In this document: piece after piece, positions 27,968 to 36,163 of the stretch | Numbering within the stretch: position 1 is the stretch's first letter | Layout of the letters: each line of letters starts with the position of its first letter | Assembly: GCA_964521955.1 (NCBI GenBank) | Contig: CAZFTX010000006.1 | Span: 1-60,630 of the forward strand | Direction: 5' to 3' | Source: an uncultured Candidatus Saccharibacteria bacterium | GTDB taxonomy: Bacteria; Patescibacteriota; Doudnabacteria; UBA920 | DNA length: 60,630 bases | Notes under the pieces: model-generated | The model's input: the letters and a program-made list of their open reading frames with translations, nothing else | Databases searched by the model: none | Told to the model about the DNA's origin: nothing | Program-made: the position numbers and the translations under genes

Positions 27968-28087
27968 CTACCTCCTCTCTTCAGGCAACTGTGGTAGTTC
28001 CAGATCCTTACGAATCCAGAAAAACAAAACAACCAATACAAGAGAAGCTCCAAAATCGATAAACCTCTCGGACAATTTTGCCATCAT
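27968..28087 (-). CDS. 39-aa single-TM peptide ORF (cassette A, ORF1)
   Basis: GAGGAGG (28099-28093) sits 5 nt before ATG 28087. MMAKLSERFIDFGASLVLVVLFFWIRKDLELPQLPEERR. Confidence 0.5.
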   Translation of the reverse strand: MMAKLSERFIDFGASLVLVVLFFWIRKDLELPQLPEERR

Positions 28088-28122
28088 CAAATCCTCCTCG
28101 TTAAATCAATATCACACAAAAT

Positions 28123-28151
28123 ATAATATCTTTTTACCAACAAATGGTCAA
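28123..28151 (-). promoter_or_regulatory. sigma70-type promoter of cassette A
   Basis: Minus strand: TTGACC (28151-28146), 17 nt, TATTAT (28128-28123). Confidence 0.6.
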
Positions 28152-28152
28152 T

Positions 28153-28187
28153 AAAATACTCCACCCTGTACAAAGGCGGAGTATTTT
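28153..28187 (-). terminator. intrinsic terminator of the GT39 gene
   Basis: AAAATACTCC / GGAGTATTTT stem. On the minus strand it is followed by UUUUAUU. Confidence 0.7.
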
Positions 28188-28198
28188 AAAAATGAATA

Positions 28199-29785
28199 TT
28201 AATTAACTTTATACTGGCTAACGTACACGTAAGTTCCTATGTAAGGACGTATTTCTGCGTAAGCCTTCTCATCTACCAAAGTCCAATTGTTTGGAGTTTC
28301 GGGCTTTTGGCCGCCAAAACCGTTTGTCCAAACCAGCCAAACCGTATCACTGTTTTTTACAGTTTCGTTAAAGTCCGGAAGCAAGTCTTCATTGGTTAAA
28401 ATTGCCGTGCCTGCAAAGTGGGGCATGTTCTTAGTGTCCCTGTTGCCACCGGAAAAAAGCAGGGGAGTGTTAGTAAAATTTTCTTGACCGGCATAATATT
28501 TTAAATTAAAAAACATAAAACTACTGCCTACATAAAGCTTATGTTGGGGCTGCATGTTAGCTTTTAAATACTTACTAGCAGCGGACATACCGGGTTTAGT
28601 CTTTACGTCTAACTCATTCCAAAAGTTAACTAAAGCAAAAAAACTAACCAAACAGTAAACCCCAATTAAAATCCTGCTTAACCACTTAGAAGAAATTTGT
28701 TTTATCCACAAAACCAAAGCCACACTTAAAAAAGCAGCCGTATAAATAAAATACCTCACTAAATAAACTGATGAATTACTACCTTTAAGCTTGGCTAATA
28801 CATAAAACAAAACGGCTCCAGCAAAAGGGGCAAGCGTAGCTAAAAGTACCAGCCATTTTTCAAAGCTTTGGGTTTTGCGTAAAAATTTATATAGAAAAAA
28901 CAGACAAAAGAGAAAAAACACCACTAACATTTTTTGAGTAGTTGGGTTATTGACGTCATGCCCAACACCTACAAGTAACGTCCACAAAGTAGAAGGCACG
29001 CTCCACTTATCCATAGGTGGTATCCAATACCCAGCACCCACTTGCTTGTACTGAAACATAAAAGTTTTTAGCCAAGGAACATAAGCAAGAGCAATAACGA
29101 TGAATGACAAAAACAACCACTTAAATTTTTGCAAAAATTTGCCTTCGTGGTGAAAAAACAAAAAAACAACGCCATAAAAACAAATTGCCGCAACTGTAAA
29201 TAAAAGATAATAATGAGTGTAAATTAAAATAATTGAGGAAAGCGTAAAACCTAAATAATTTAAGTACATGTTTCTTTTAAGACTTAAGCTTTCAGGTAGA
29301 TGAGGCATATTCAAAGACAGCTTCTCAAAAAAAGCTTTTTGACTATGCAAAGCCTTTGTCAAAAAATATGCTGACAAAACGGCGAAAAAAGCTCCCATGG
29401 TATACATTCTAGCTTCGGTAGCATACTGAACCTGAAAAGGGTTTAACGCAACTAACAAAGCTACCCATAAAGCCCAATTTTCTTGCTTAAAGGCAGTCCT
29501 GACAAACATCCAAACAGCCCAAACTGTTCCAACTCCAAAGAAAACAGTCATACCGCGCAAAGCCAATAAAGAGTCCCCAAAAACGTAATGCCAAATTCTT
29601 AAAAACACATAGTAAGCCGGGGGATGTACATCTAACCCAATTCTGTACATCATTTCACCCCAGTTGTATTTAATGAGCAAGGCCGAAAAAGCCTCATCGT
29701 GCCACAAAGAAATGCCTAAATTATTGTAAAAACGCAAAACCAAAGCCAACAACAATATTAAACTTATCCAGAAGTATTTTTTCAT
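28199..29785 (-). CDS. GT39/ArnT-PMT-family membrane glycosyltransferase
   Basis: 528 aa, polytopic. N-terminal LWHDEAFSA loop motif typical of the ArnT/PMT-like GT-C fold. Confidence 0.75.
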   Translation of the reverse strand: MKKYFWISLILLLALVLRFYNNLGISLWHDEAFSALLIKYNWGEMMYRIGLDVHPPAYYVFLRIWHYVFGDSLLALRGMTVFFGVGTVWAVWMFVRTAFKQENWALWVALLVALNPFQVQYATEARMYTMGAFFAVLSAYFLTKALHSQKAFFEKLSLNMPHLPESLSLKRNMYLNYLGFTLSSIILIYTHYYLLFTVAAICFYGVVFLFFHHEGKFLQKFKWLFLSFIVIALAYVPWLKTFMFQYKQVGAGYWIPPMDKWSVPSTLWTLLVGVGHDVNNPTTQKMLVVFFLFCLFFLYKFLRKTQSFEKWLVLLATLAPFAGAVLFYVLAKLKGSNSSVYLVRYFIYTAAFLSVALVLWIKQISSKWLSRILIGVYCLVSFFALVNFWNELDVKTKPGMSAASKYLKANMQPQHKLYVGSSFMFFNLKYYAGQENFTNTPLLFSGGNRDTKNMPHFAGTAILTNEDLLPDFNETVKNSDTVWLVWTNGFGGQKPETPNNWTLVDEKAYAEIRPYIGTYVYVSQYKVN

Positions 29786-29854
29786 GTTGAAATTTGAAAT
29801 ATGAATTAAGTATTAAGAATCATGGGAAAAACCATAATTCATAATTCAAAATCC

Positions 29855-31567
29855 CTAATTCGAAATTCTATACACCGCCATAATTGCCTGGCCAAACTTA
29901 TTTCTATATTCTAAAACCAAAGCAGCTTCCGGATGAAACTTCTTAAACTTAGCAATGTCAAAAATACTACTTTGAGTAAAAATTACCTCGTCGCCTTGGC
30001 GTAATCCTTTTAACTCCCAAACATTTTCCGGATCCACTTGTTTATAAGGTTGATTACAAGGATTATCTAAGTTTCTTCCATCTACCATGGTTACATAGTC
30101 AGGAGTCTGCACAGAAAATTTATCTAAAACTAAGTAAGTACTGTCCTTCATGCACCGCTTAATTAAATACTCATTTACAGGAGTTAAGTCAGACCTAAAA
30201 GCATAATAATTTTCCGGACTATTGGCTGCATAAACAAAATACAAGACATAGGTTTGAGAAATTAATGCAAAAGCAAAACAAAAAACTACAAGTTTATATC
30301 CTGCCTTAACTAACTTTTGACTAAACTCCGACTGGTAGGCTTTAAACTTTTCGTAAACTTTTACAAAAAGCTCGTGAACTTTATATATCCCCAAAGCGGA
30401 AATAATAAAAACTACGGGAATAGTACCAATTGCCCTCAAGCCGTGCGGAATGCCTTCTGCTGTAGTTACCACCGGTAAAAGCATTCCCCAAAACCAACCC
30501 ACTAACAAAAAATATTTCCAATACTCACTTTTTTTACGCGGAAAAAACATGTACCAAACAGCAAGTAGTGTAATTACAAGCAAAGAAACACCAAAGAAAG
30601 GACTAACAATACTTGAAAGAAAAGGTTCACCCGAAATGTTATGTCTCCAATTCAAATCACCAACAGTAAAGTAACCCAAAATTGAAAGCTTTAAGACTTC
30701 ACCAACAACTTTAACCACAACCCCGGTGGGAGGAACTCCGGTAAAACTCTGACCGTCTATAGTGTAAAGGCTTGGGTTAAAAACACTTACTTGGCCGCTG
30801 CGGCCAATAAAAGAACCAGGATGAGTATAAAAATAATGAGCTAAAGGATAAATAAAAATTACAAAAGCTACTATAAATAGTAAAAAGTTTTTCCAAAAAC
30901 GTTTTATGTTAAAAACTAAACCATTGAACAAAAAAGGCCAAACTATAGCCATAGCTAAAATTGGCACTAAAATTCTATAAGCAATGTAAGTGTAAAAACC
31001 AAGTGCAAAAGCTGCTCCAGTCAACAAAGAAAAAATAACTCTTTTCTTATTTGTTGCTGCTTGGTACGTTGCAAGTAAAAAATAAATTGTTAGGGCGGAA
31101 AACAAGGGAATCAAATTAGCTCTAAATGCCGTTCTAGAAAGCACAGTATGCCAAGAAGAAACCACCATTATAAAGGATGCGAGAAGGGCGATGTTGGTAG
31201 CTTTAAAATATTTTTCTTGAAAACCTGTTTCTTCTTGTTCATAATTCATCGAAAACAGCCTTCTTGTAACCAAAAAACAGGTTAATACTGACAAAACCCC
31301 GACCAAAGCTGAAACAGCGTGGTGTTGCCAAGCACCTTTACCAAAAACCTCTACACTTCCCCAAAGCATGTAGAAAAACAATGCCTCCCGGCCGTTACCT
31401 CTTTCATAAAAAGGCTGTAACTGACCCTGCTGCATGGAATTTATATCTAAACCATTGGCAGCTTCATCGGGAAAAAGACCCCCGGGCATTTGGGTTATTT
31501 GAAAAAAACGAAAAAAGATGGCTAAAAAAATTACTAAAGCAAGAACTATTTTTTGATTTTGGCTCAT
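29855..31567 (-). CDS. GT39/ArnT-PMT-family membrane glycosyltransferase (paralog)
   Basis: 570 aa, polytopic. GGLFPDEAANGLD loop motif. Confidence 0.75.
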   Translation of the reverse strand: MSQNQKIVLALVIFLAIFFRFFQITQMPGGLFPDEAANGLDINSMQQGQLQPFYERGNGREALFFYMLWGSVEVFGKGAWQHHAVSALVGVLSVLTCFLVTRRLFSMNYEQEETGFQEKYFKATNIALLASFIMVVSSWHTVLSRTAFRANLIPLFSALTIYFLLATYQAATNKKRVIFSLLTGAAFALGFYTYIAYRILVPILAMAIVWPFLFNGLVFNIKRFWKNFLLFIVAFVIFIYPLAHYFYTHPGSFIGRSGQVSVFNPSLYTIDGQSFTGVPPTGVVVKVVGEVLKLSILGYFTVGDLNWRHNISGEPFLSSIVSPFFGVSLLVITLLAVWYMFFPRKKSEYWKYFLLVGWFWGMLLPVVTTAEGIPHGLRAIGTIPVVFIISALGIYKVHELFVKVYEKFKAYQSEFSQKLVKAGYKLVVFCFAFALISQTYVLYFVYAANSPENYYAFRSDLTPVNEYLIKRCMKDSTYLVLDKFSVQTPDYVTMVDGRNLDNPCNQPYKQVDPENVWELKGLRQGDEVIFTQSSIFDIAKFKKFHPEAALVLEYRNKFGQAIMAVYRISN

Positions 31568-31595
31568 TTTATTTTAAAAACTAAAATAACCTTGG

Positions 31596-31624
31596 TTGAT
31601 AGAAAACCCTGAAAAGGCTATACT
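31596..31624 (+). promoter_or_regulatory. promoter giving a leaderless mRNA for the 31631 gene
   Basis: TTGATA (31596-31601), 17 nt, TATACT (31619-31624), 6 nt, ATG 31631. Confidence 0.65.
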
Positions 31625-31630
31625 GTTTTC

Positions 31631-31972
31631 ATGAAAAACTATGTAAATACGCGGCTTTTTTTATTTCTCTGGCCTGTTTCTCTTCTGTTAAACATTATAA
31701 CAGTTTTAGTTGTGAGGTACAAACTTGGAGGGAATTCAGAGAACTCAGTTGCGCTAAAATACAACATTATTTCAGGCGTGGAATGGTTTGGGCAAGGCAA
31801 GAATCTTTATTTAATTCCTGTTGTCGGTTTTTTTATACTTGTTATTAATTTCGTTTTATTTAGATCACTTAAAAATAACGGGCCTTTCTTAGCTACACTT
31901 ACAGCATTCGCCACTTTAATTGTTCAAATTATTCTTCTTTCGGGCATTGTTTTTTTAATGCAAGTTAACTAA
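31631..31972 (+). CDS. small membrane protein (hypothetical)
   Basis: 113 aa with three to four hydrophobic helices. Immediately precedes the GT2 gene. Confidence 0.5.
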   Translation: MKNYVNTRLFLFLWPVSLLLNIITVLVVRYKLGGNSENSVALKYNIISGVEWFGQGKNLYLIPVVGFFILVINFVLFRSLKNNGPFLATLTAFATLIVQIILLSGIVFLMQVN

Positions 31973-31975
31973 TTC

Positions 31976-33628
31976 ATGTTTAGAAAAAGAACAATCCAAG
32001 AACGTTTTTGGGAAATACTTCCAGGCTTGCAATTCTGGACGGTTTTTATTGGTGCTATTTTTCTTTCTTACTTTAAACCAATCTGGGCTGCTTTGTTTAT
32101 TATTTGTTTTGACTTATATTGGGTTCTAAAAGCAGTTAATGTTGCAAGTCATTTAATCTCTAGTTATAGAAAATTCAAAGTTTTTGTCTCTTTAAATTGG
32201 CTGGATTATACACAAAGACTTTCGGAACCAAAAAAATTTATAGAATTTTTAAAAAATAAAATATCAACTACAAAAAATCGGGTTGAAAGAAAATTTTATA
32301 AAGACGAAATTGTTAAACTGGAAAAACTTATCTCAAACCCCGAAAGAAAATGGGACCCTTCCACCATGTACCACCTGGTCTTAATCCCATTTGTTGATGA
32401 AAGTTTTGAAGTCCTAGATTCCAGTCTTAGCGCCATAGCAGGGAATACTTACCCCAAAGAAAAAATTATATTAGTTTTAGCCAGAGAAGAAAGAGCTGGC
32501 CAAAAGTCAAAAGACGTAGCGGAAAAAATAAAAGTAAAATACGAAGCTTTCTTTTATAAATTTTTTGTTACCATACACCCGGACGGTTTACCTAATGAAA
32601 TTAAAGGTAAAAGCGCGAATGCAACTTGGGCAATTGAATCAATTTTACCTGAGTTAGAAAAACTTCAAATTAAAATTGACCAAGTTTTGGTCTCAAACTT
32701 TGATTCAGACACCATTATTCATCCTCAATATTTTGCCCGTGTCACTTACGCATTTCTAACAGCAGAGCATCCATACCAAACAAGCTATCAACCTATTGCT
32801 ATTTATAATAACAACATTTGGGACTCTCCAGCTCTAATCCGAGTCATTAGCGTTTCAAATTCCTTTTGGCAATTTACAGAAAGTAGTCGCCCCGACCGTC
32901 TTAGAACTTTTTCGTCACACACTATGACTTTAAAAGCCTTAGTGGAGGTAGGTTTTTACAAAAAGGACATTGTAAACGAAGATGGTTATATTTATTGGCA
33001 ATGTTATTTACATTTCAAAAGTAAATACTGGGTCGCTCCTTTATTTGTTCCAATTTCCTTGGACACTTGTTTAGCTGAGACTACCTGGCAAACTTTAAAA
33101 AATCAATACAAACAGAAAAGACGCTGGGCTTACAACGTTGAATACTACCCACATCTATTACCCAAACTTATTAAACTCCAAAGTCCTCTGTGGGATAAAT
33201 GTTTAAAAATTTTTCAATACGTTGAGGGCAACTTTAACTGGGCTACTGCAAGTATTATGATTTCAACTCTAGGCTGGCTGCCTTTGTTTATTGGCAACCA
33301 AGCTTTTCAAGAAAGCGTGCTAGCCTTTAACCTCCCGTTTATTACTAAAACACTCATGAACATTGCTTTGTTCTTTTTAATTTTCAGCGTATATATTAAC
33401 ATGGTACTGCTCCCGCCAAGACCAAAAAAGTACGGAGTCAGTCGTTCAGTCATGATGTATTTACAATGGTTTTTAGTACCTTTAGCCTCAATCATTTTTG
33501 GTAGTCTTCCGGCAATTGAAGCTCAAACCCGTTTAATGCTAGGAAAATATTTAGAATTTTGGGTTACACCAAAAGCCAGAAAAGGGGAGAACACCGGATT
33601 AACCATGAAGGAAATGAAAGGGGTATAA
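31976..33628 (+). CDS. membrane-embedded family-2 glycosyltransferase (processive-synthase-like)
   Basis: LIPFVDES..VLDSSLSAI, NFDSDT (DxD-like), QYKQKRRWAYN (QxxRW-like), flanking TM helices. Confidence 0.7.
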   Translation: MFRKRTIQERFWEILPGLQFWTVFIGAIFLSYFKPIWAALFIICFDLYWVLKAVNVASHLISSYRKFKVFVSLNWLDYTQRLSEPKKFIEFLKNKISTTKNRVERKFYKDEIVKLEKLISNPERKWDPSTMYHLVLIPFVDESFEVLDSSLSAIAGNTYPKEKIILVLAREERAGQKSKDVAEKIKVKYEAFFYKFFVTIHPDGLPNEIKGKSANATWAIESILPELEKLQIKIDQVLVSNFDSDTIIHPQYFARVTYAFLTAEHPYQTSYQPIAIYNNNIWDSPALIRVISVSNSFWQFTESSRPDRLRTFSSHTMTLKALVEVGFYKKDIVNEDGYIYWQCYLHFKSKYWVAPLFVPISLDTCLAETTWQTLKNQYKQKRRWAYNVEYYPHLLPKLIKLQSPLWDKCLKIFQYVEGNFNWATASIMISTLGWLPLFIGNQAFQESVLAFNLPFITKTLMNIALFFLIFSVYINMVLLPPRPKKYGVSRSVMMYLQWFLVPLASIIFGSLPAIEAQTRLMLGKYLEFWVTPKARKGENTGLTMKEMKGV

Positions 33629-33781
33629 CATCAGCTTGGAGGGAACAACCAGAATGAAAAGTGCGAAACCATCGAAAATTTTTTTACTGCGGAACTCGCT
33701 CGCTTACGCTTACTCAAACAGTCCTCGTTGCAAAAATTTCCAATGCTTCCGCACCACAAGCATAATAAGCTTTAACAAACA
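33629..33781 (+). repeat. diverged member (R3) of the R element family
   Basis: Starts after the GT2 stop with CATCAGCTTGGAGGGAACAACC. Shares in order the blocks CTTGGAGGGA-CAACC, TCGAA-TTT and CTCGCTTACGCT with R2. Confidence 0.55.
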
Positions 33782-34861
33782 ATGAACTACCTACTATATT
33801 TTTTACTTTCCTCGGGATTAAGTATTTTGCTAATTAAGCCGGTCATTCGCCTGGCTGCAAAATACAAAATCTACGACATACCTAACCAGCCCCGCAAAAT
33901 CCATTCTCAACCGGTGCCTTTTTTAGGTGGGGTGGCAATATATTTTTCTTTTCTTTTAACTTTACTGCTTTACATATTTTTTGAACAGCCAAACTTTCAT
34001 GTAGTACCTGTAAAGTTTTTTTGTGGAATTATCTTCGGAGGGCTTGTTCTAATAATTGGCGGTTTGTTAGACGACAAGTACAACTTACCGCCTAAAATTT
34101 TATGGATTTTTCCCGCAATTGCTTCTTTGATTGTAGTTGCTTCGGGTATTGGTGTTGGTATAAAAGAAATTAGCAATCCTTTTGGAGCACCAATTTCTTT
34201 AGACTATTCATTTGGCATTTTTCCTTTTTCAGGAATTGTCATGTGGCTTTGGCTTATGGGTATGATTTTCACTACCAAATTCTTAGACGGCTTAGACGGA
34301 CTTTGCGCGGGCATTTCTTTTATTGGAGGCATAACTTTATTTGTCCTGTCTTTAACAGAAAATGTAAATCAACCCATCACCGCCAGTTTGGCAATAATTT
34401 TTTCCGGCAGTGTTTTGGGTTTTTTGTTTTTTAACTTCAACCCGGCAAGCATATTCTTGGGGGAGTCGGGGAGTACTTTTTTGGGTTTTATGTTAGGTGT
34501 GCTTTCCATAATTTTAGGGGGAAAAATTGCCACAGCGCTTTTGGTTATGGGCATACCCATTTTAGACGTAGCCTGGGCAATTATTCGCCGCCTATGGTAC
34601 AAAACCAGCCCTTTTAAGGCCGATAGAAGCCATTTGCACCACAGGCTCATGGACATTGGCTTAAGCCAAAAACAGGCAGTTTTAGCCCTTTACGGCATTT
34701 CGGCATTCTTTGGCTTTACGGCTGTGTTTTTACAGTCCCTAGGCAAACTTATAGCTTTAATTATGCTATTTTGCGTTATGCTGGCCTTGGCTATTTCTGC
34801 GGTAATAATCTACAAAAAACAGCATCCCCATATCCCTGACCTCTTTGACAAGGTTAAATAA
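33782..34861 (+). CDS. GT4 polyprenyl-phosphate GlcNAc-1-P transferase (WecA/TagO/MraY family)
   Basis: DIPNQPRKIHSQPVPFLGGVAIY, KFLDGLDGL, NFNPASIFLGESGSTFLGF, ADRSHLHHRL. Confidence 0.85.
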   Translation: MNYLLYFLLSSGLSILLIKPVIRLAAKYKIYDIPNQPRKIHSQPVPFLGGVAIYFSFLLTLLLYIFFEQPNFHVVPVKFFCGIIFGGLVLIIGGLLDDKYNLPPKILWIFPAIASLIVVASGIGVGIKEISNPFGAPISLDYSFGIFPFSGIVMWLWLMGMIFTTKFLDGLDGLCAGISFIGGITLFVLSLTENVNQPITASLAIIFSGSVLGFLFFNFNPASIFLGESGSTFLGFMLGVLSIILGGKIATALLVMGIPILDVAWAIIRRLWYKTSPFKADRSHLHHRLMDIGLSQKQAVLALYGISAFFGFTAVFLQSLGKLIALIMLFCVMLALAISAVIIYKKQHPHIPDLFDKVK

Positions 34862-34864
34862 CCC

Positions 34865-34893
34865 TTGTCAAAGAAGGGTCTTTATGTTAAAAT
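34865..34893 (+). promoter_or_regulatory. rplU promoter
   Basis: TTGTCA (34865-34870), 17 nt, TAAAAT (34888-34893). Confidence 0.55.
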
Positions 34894-34944
34894 AGCTGAG
34901 TTGTTAATTTTAGTTTTTGATATTTAAATTTTAATTTTGTTTGT

Positions 34945-35250
34945 ATGATCGCAATATTTGAAACAGGCGGTAAACAGTACCTGGTTACCAAAGGTGAAAA
35001 AATCCAAATAGAAAAACTCGTTGGCGAACCAGGTAGCACCATAAAATTTGAAAATGTGCTTTTAACTTCCGACGGTAAGTCTGTAGAAGTTGGCAAGCCT
35101 TACTTAGCGTCTAAGTCCGTTGAAGGTAAAGTTTTAAAACAAGGCAAAGGCAAAAAAATCCACGTTTTAAAATACAAATCTAAATCTAAGTACCGCAGAA
35201 AAATCGGTCACAGACAGCAGTACACTGAAATAGAAATTACCAAAGTCTAA
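34945..35250 (+). CDS. rplU: 50S ribosomal protein L21
   Basis: MIAIFETGGKQYLVTKGEKI...KKIHVLKYKSKSKYRRKIGHRQQYTEIEI. Confidence 0.93.
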   Translation: MIAIFETGGKQYLVTKGEKIQIEKLVGEPGSTIKFENVLLTSDGKSVEVGKPYLASKSVEGKVLKQGKGKKIHVLKYKSKSKYRRKIGHRQQYTEIEITKV

Positions 35251-35253
35251 TTT

Positions 35254-35282
35254 AAAAATCCCGCCCTCGGCGGGATTTTTTC
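35254..35282 (+). terminator. intrinsic terminator after rplU
   Basis: AAAAATCCCGCC-CTC-GGCGGGATTTTT plus T-tract. Confidence 0.85.
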
Positions 35283-35465
35283 TATTTAAATTTAGGAAAG
35301 AACTTTAAGCATTGCGCCAAGTTCGAGGCAAAATATGAGGAGATTTTAAAGCCGTAGTTGAACTACGGTGAGAAAGCCTGGAATATTTTAACGAAGAAAT
35401 TGACCAAAGCTGCTTGAAAGCTCAGGCTTTGCCTGGCCAATAAGCAGCGGTGCTTAAGTTCTTAC

Positions 35466-36080
35466 TTAAAATTCTCTTCTACCTTCCATAGCTTTACTTA
35501 AAGTAATGTCGTCCGCATATTCCAAATCGCCACCCATAGGCAAACCTCTGGCAATTCTAGAAATAACCACATCTTGGTTTAAAGCTTTTATAACTTTGGC
35601 CAAATGCATGGCGGTGGTTTCACCCTCTAAAGAAGGGTTGGTCGCAATAATAATTTCTTTGATTGGCTGATTTATTGATTGGCTGATTCGCGAGACTAAA
35701 CTATCTACATTTAAATTCTCTGGACCTATTCCTTCAAGCGGGTTTAAAACTCCGCCTAAAACGTGAAAAACACCTTTATATTTTCCGCTTTTGTCTATAG
35801 CCAATGCGTCCAAAGATTCTTCTACCACACAAATTAAACTTTGATCTCTTTGCGAATCTGTACAAATATTACATGGGTCAGCTTCAGACATGTTATGACA
35901 TACTCCACAAAACACCACCCCGGTTTTTAAGTTAGAAACTGCAGACGCTAAAGAATTAATGTCTAAATTGTCTTTTTTCAACAGAAAAAAAGCTAAGCGC
36001 TGAGCGCTCTTAGGTCCAATTCCGGGCAAACGGGAAAGTTCATTAATTAATTTTTGTAGACTATTTGGAAGTTTTAACAT
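35466..36080 (-). CDS. recR: recombination protein RecR
   Basis: LPGIGPKSAQRLAF, CxxC...CxxC zinc finger (CGVCHN..CNIC), Toprim IIATNPSLEGETTA. Confidence 0.95.
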   Translation of the reverse strand: MLKLPNSLQKLINELSRLPGIGPKSAQRLAFFLLKKDNLDINSLASAVSNLKTGVVFCGVCHNMSEADPCNICTDSQRDQSLICVVEESLDALAIDKSGKYKGVFHVLGGVLNPLEGIGPENLNVDSLVSRISQSINQPIKEIIIATNPSLEGETTAMHLAKVIKALNQDVVISRIARGLPMGGDLEYADDITLSKAMEGRREF

Positions 36081-36087
36081 AAAAATT

Positions 36088-36163
36088 CAAAATTATTCTA
36101 ATTGCTCTAATTACTCTAAAATACTTTAGGATAATTTGAAATTAGGTCAATTAGGTTAATTTG
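36088..36163 (+). repeat. ~75-bp palindromic miniature element (copy 1)
   Basis: Ends AAATTATTCTAATTG (36090-36104) and CAATTAGGTTAATTT (36148-36162) are imperfect inverted repeats. Both 15-mers recur exactly at 53118-53132 and 53173-53187. Confidence 0.7.

Noticed and set aside
27550-28053. 167-aa minus-strand ORF from the track
   Set aside because: It overlaps the 3' third of pyrH antisense and then crosses cassette A in a different frame from the two SD-led peptide ORFs. It has no SD or promoter of its own, and its sequence is low-complexity and basic.
35283-35465. Assigning the structured spacer to SRP RNA or 6S RNA
   Set aside because: There is no GNRA-capped domain IV motif and no recognisable conserved SRP or 6S features on either strand. 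It is kept only as an unassigned structured region.
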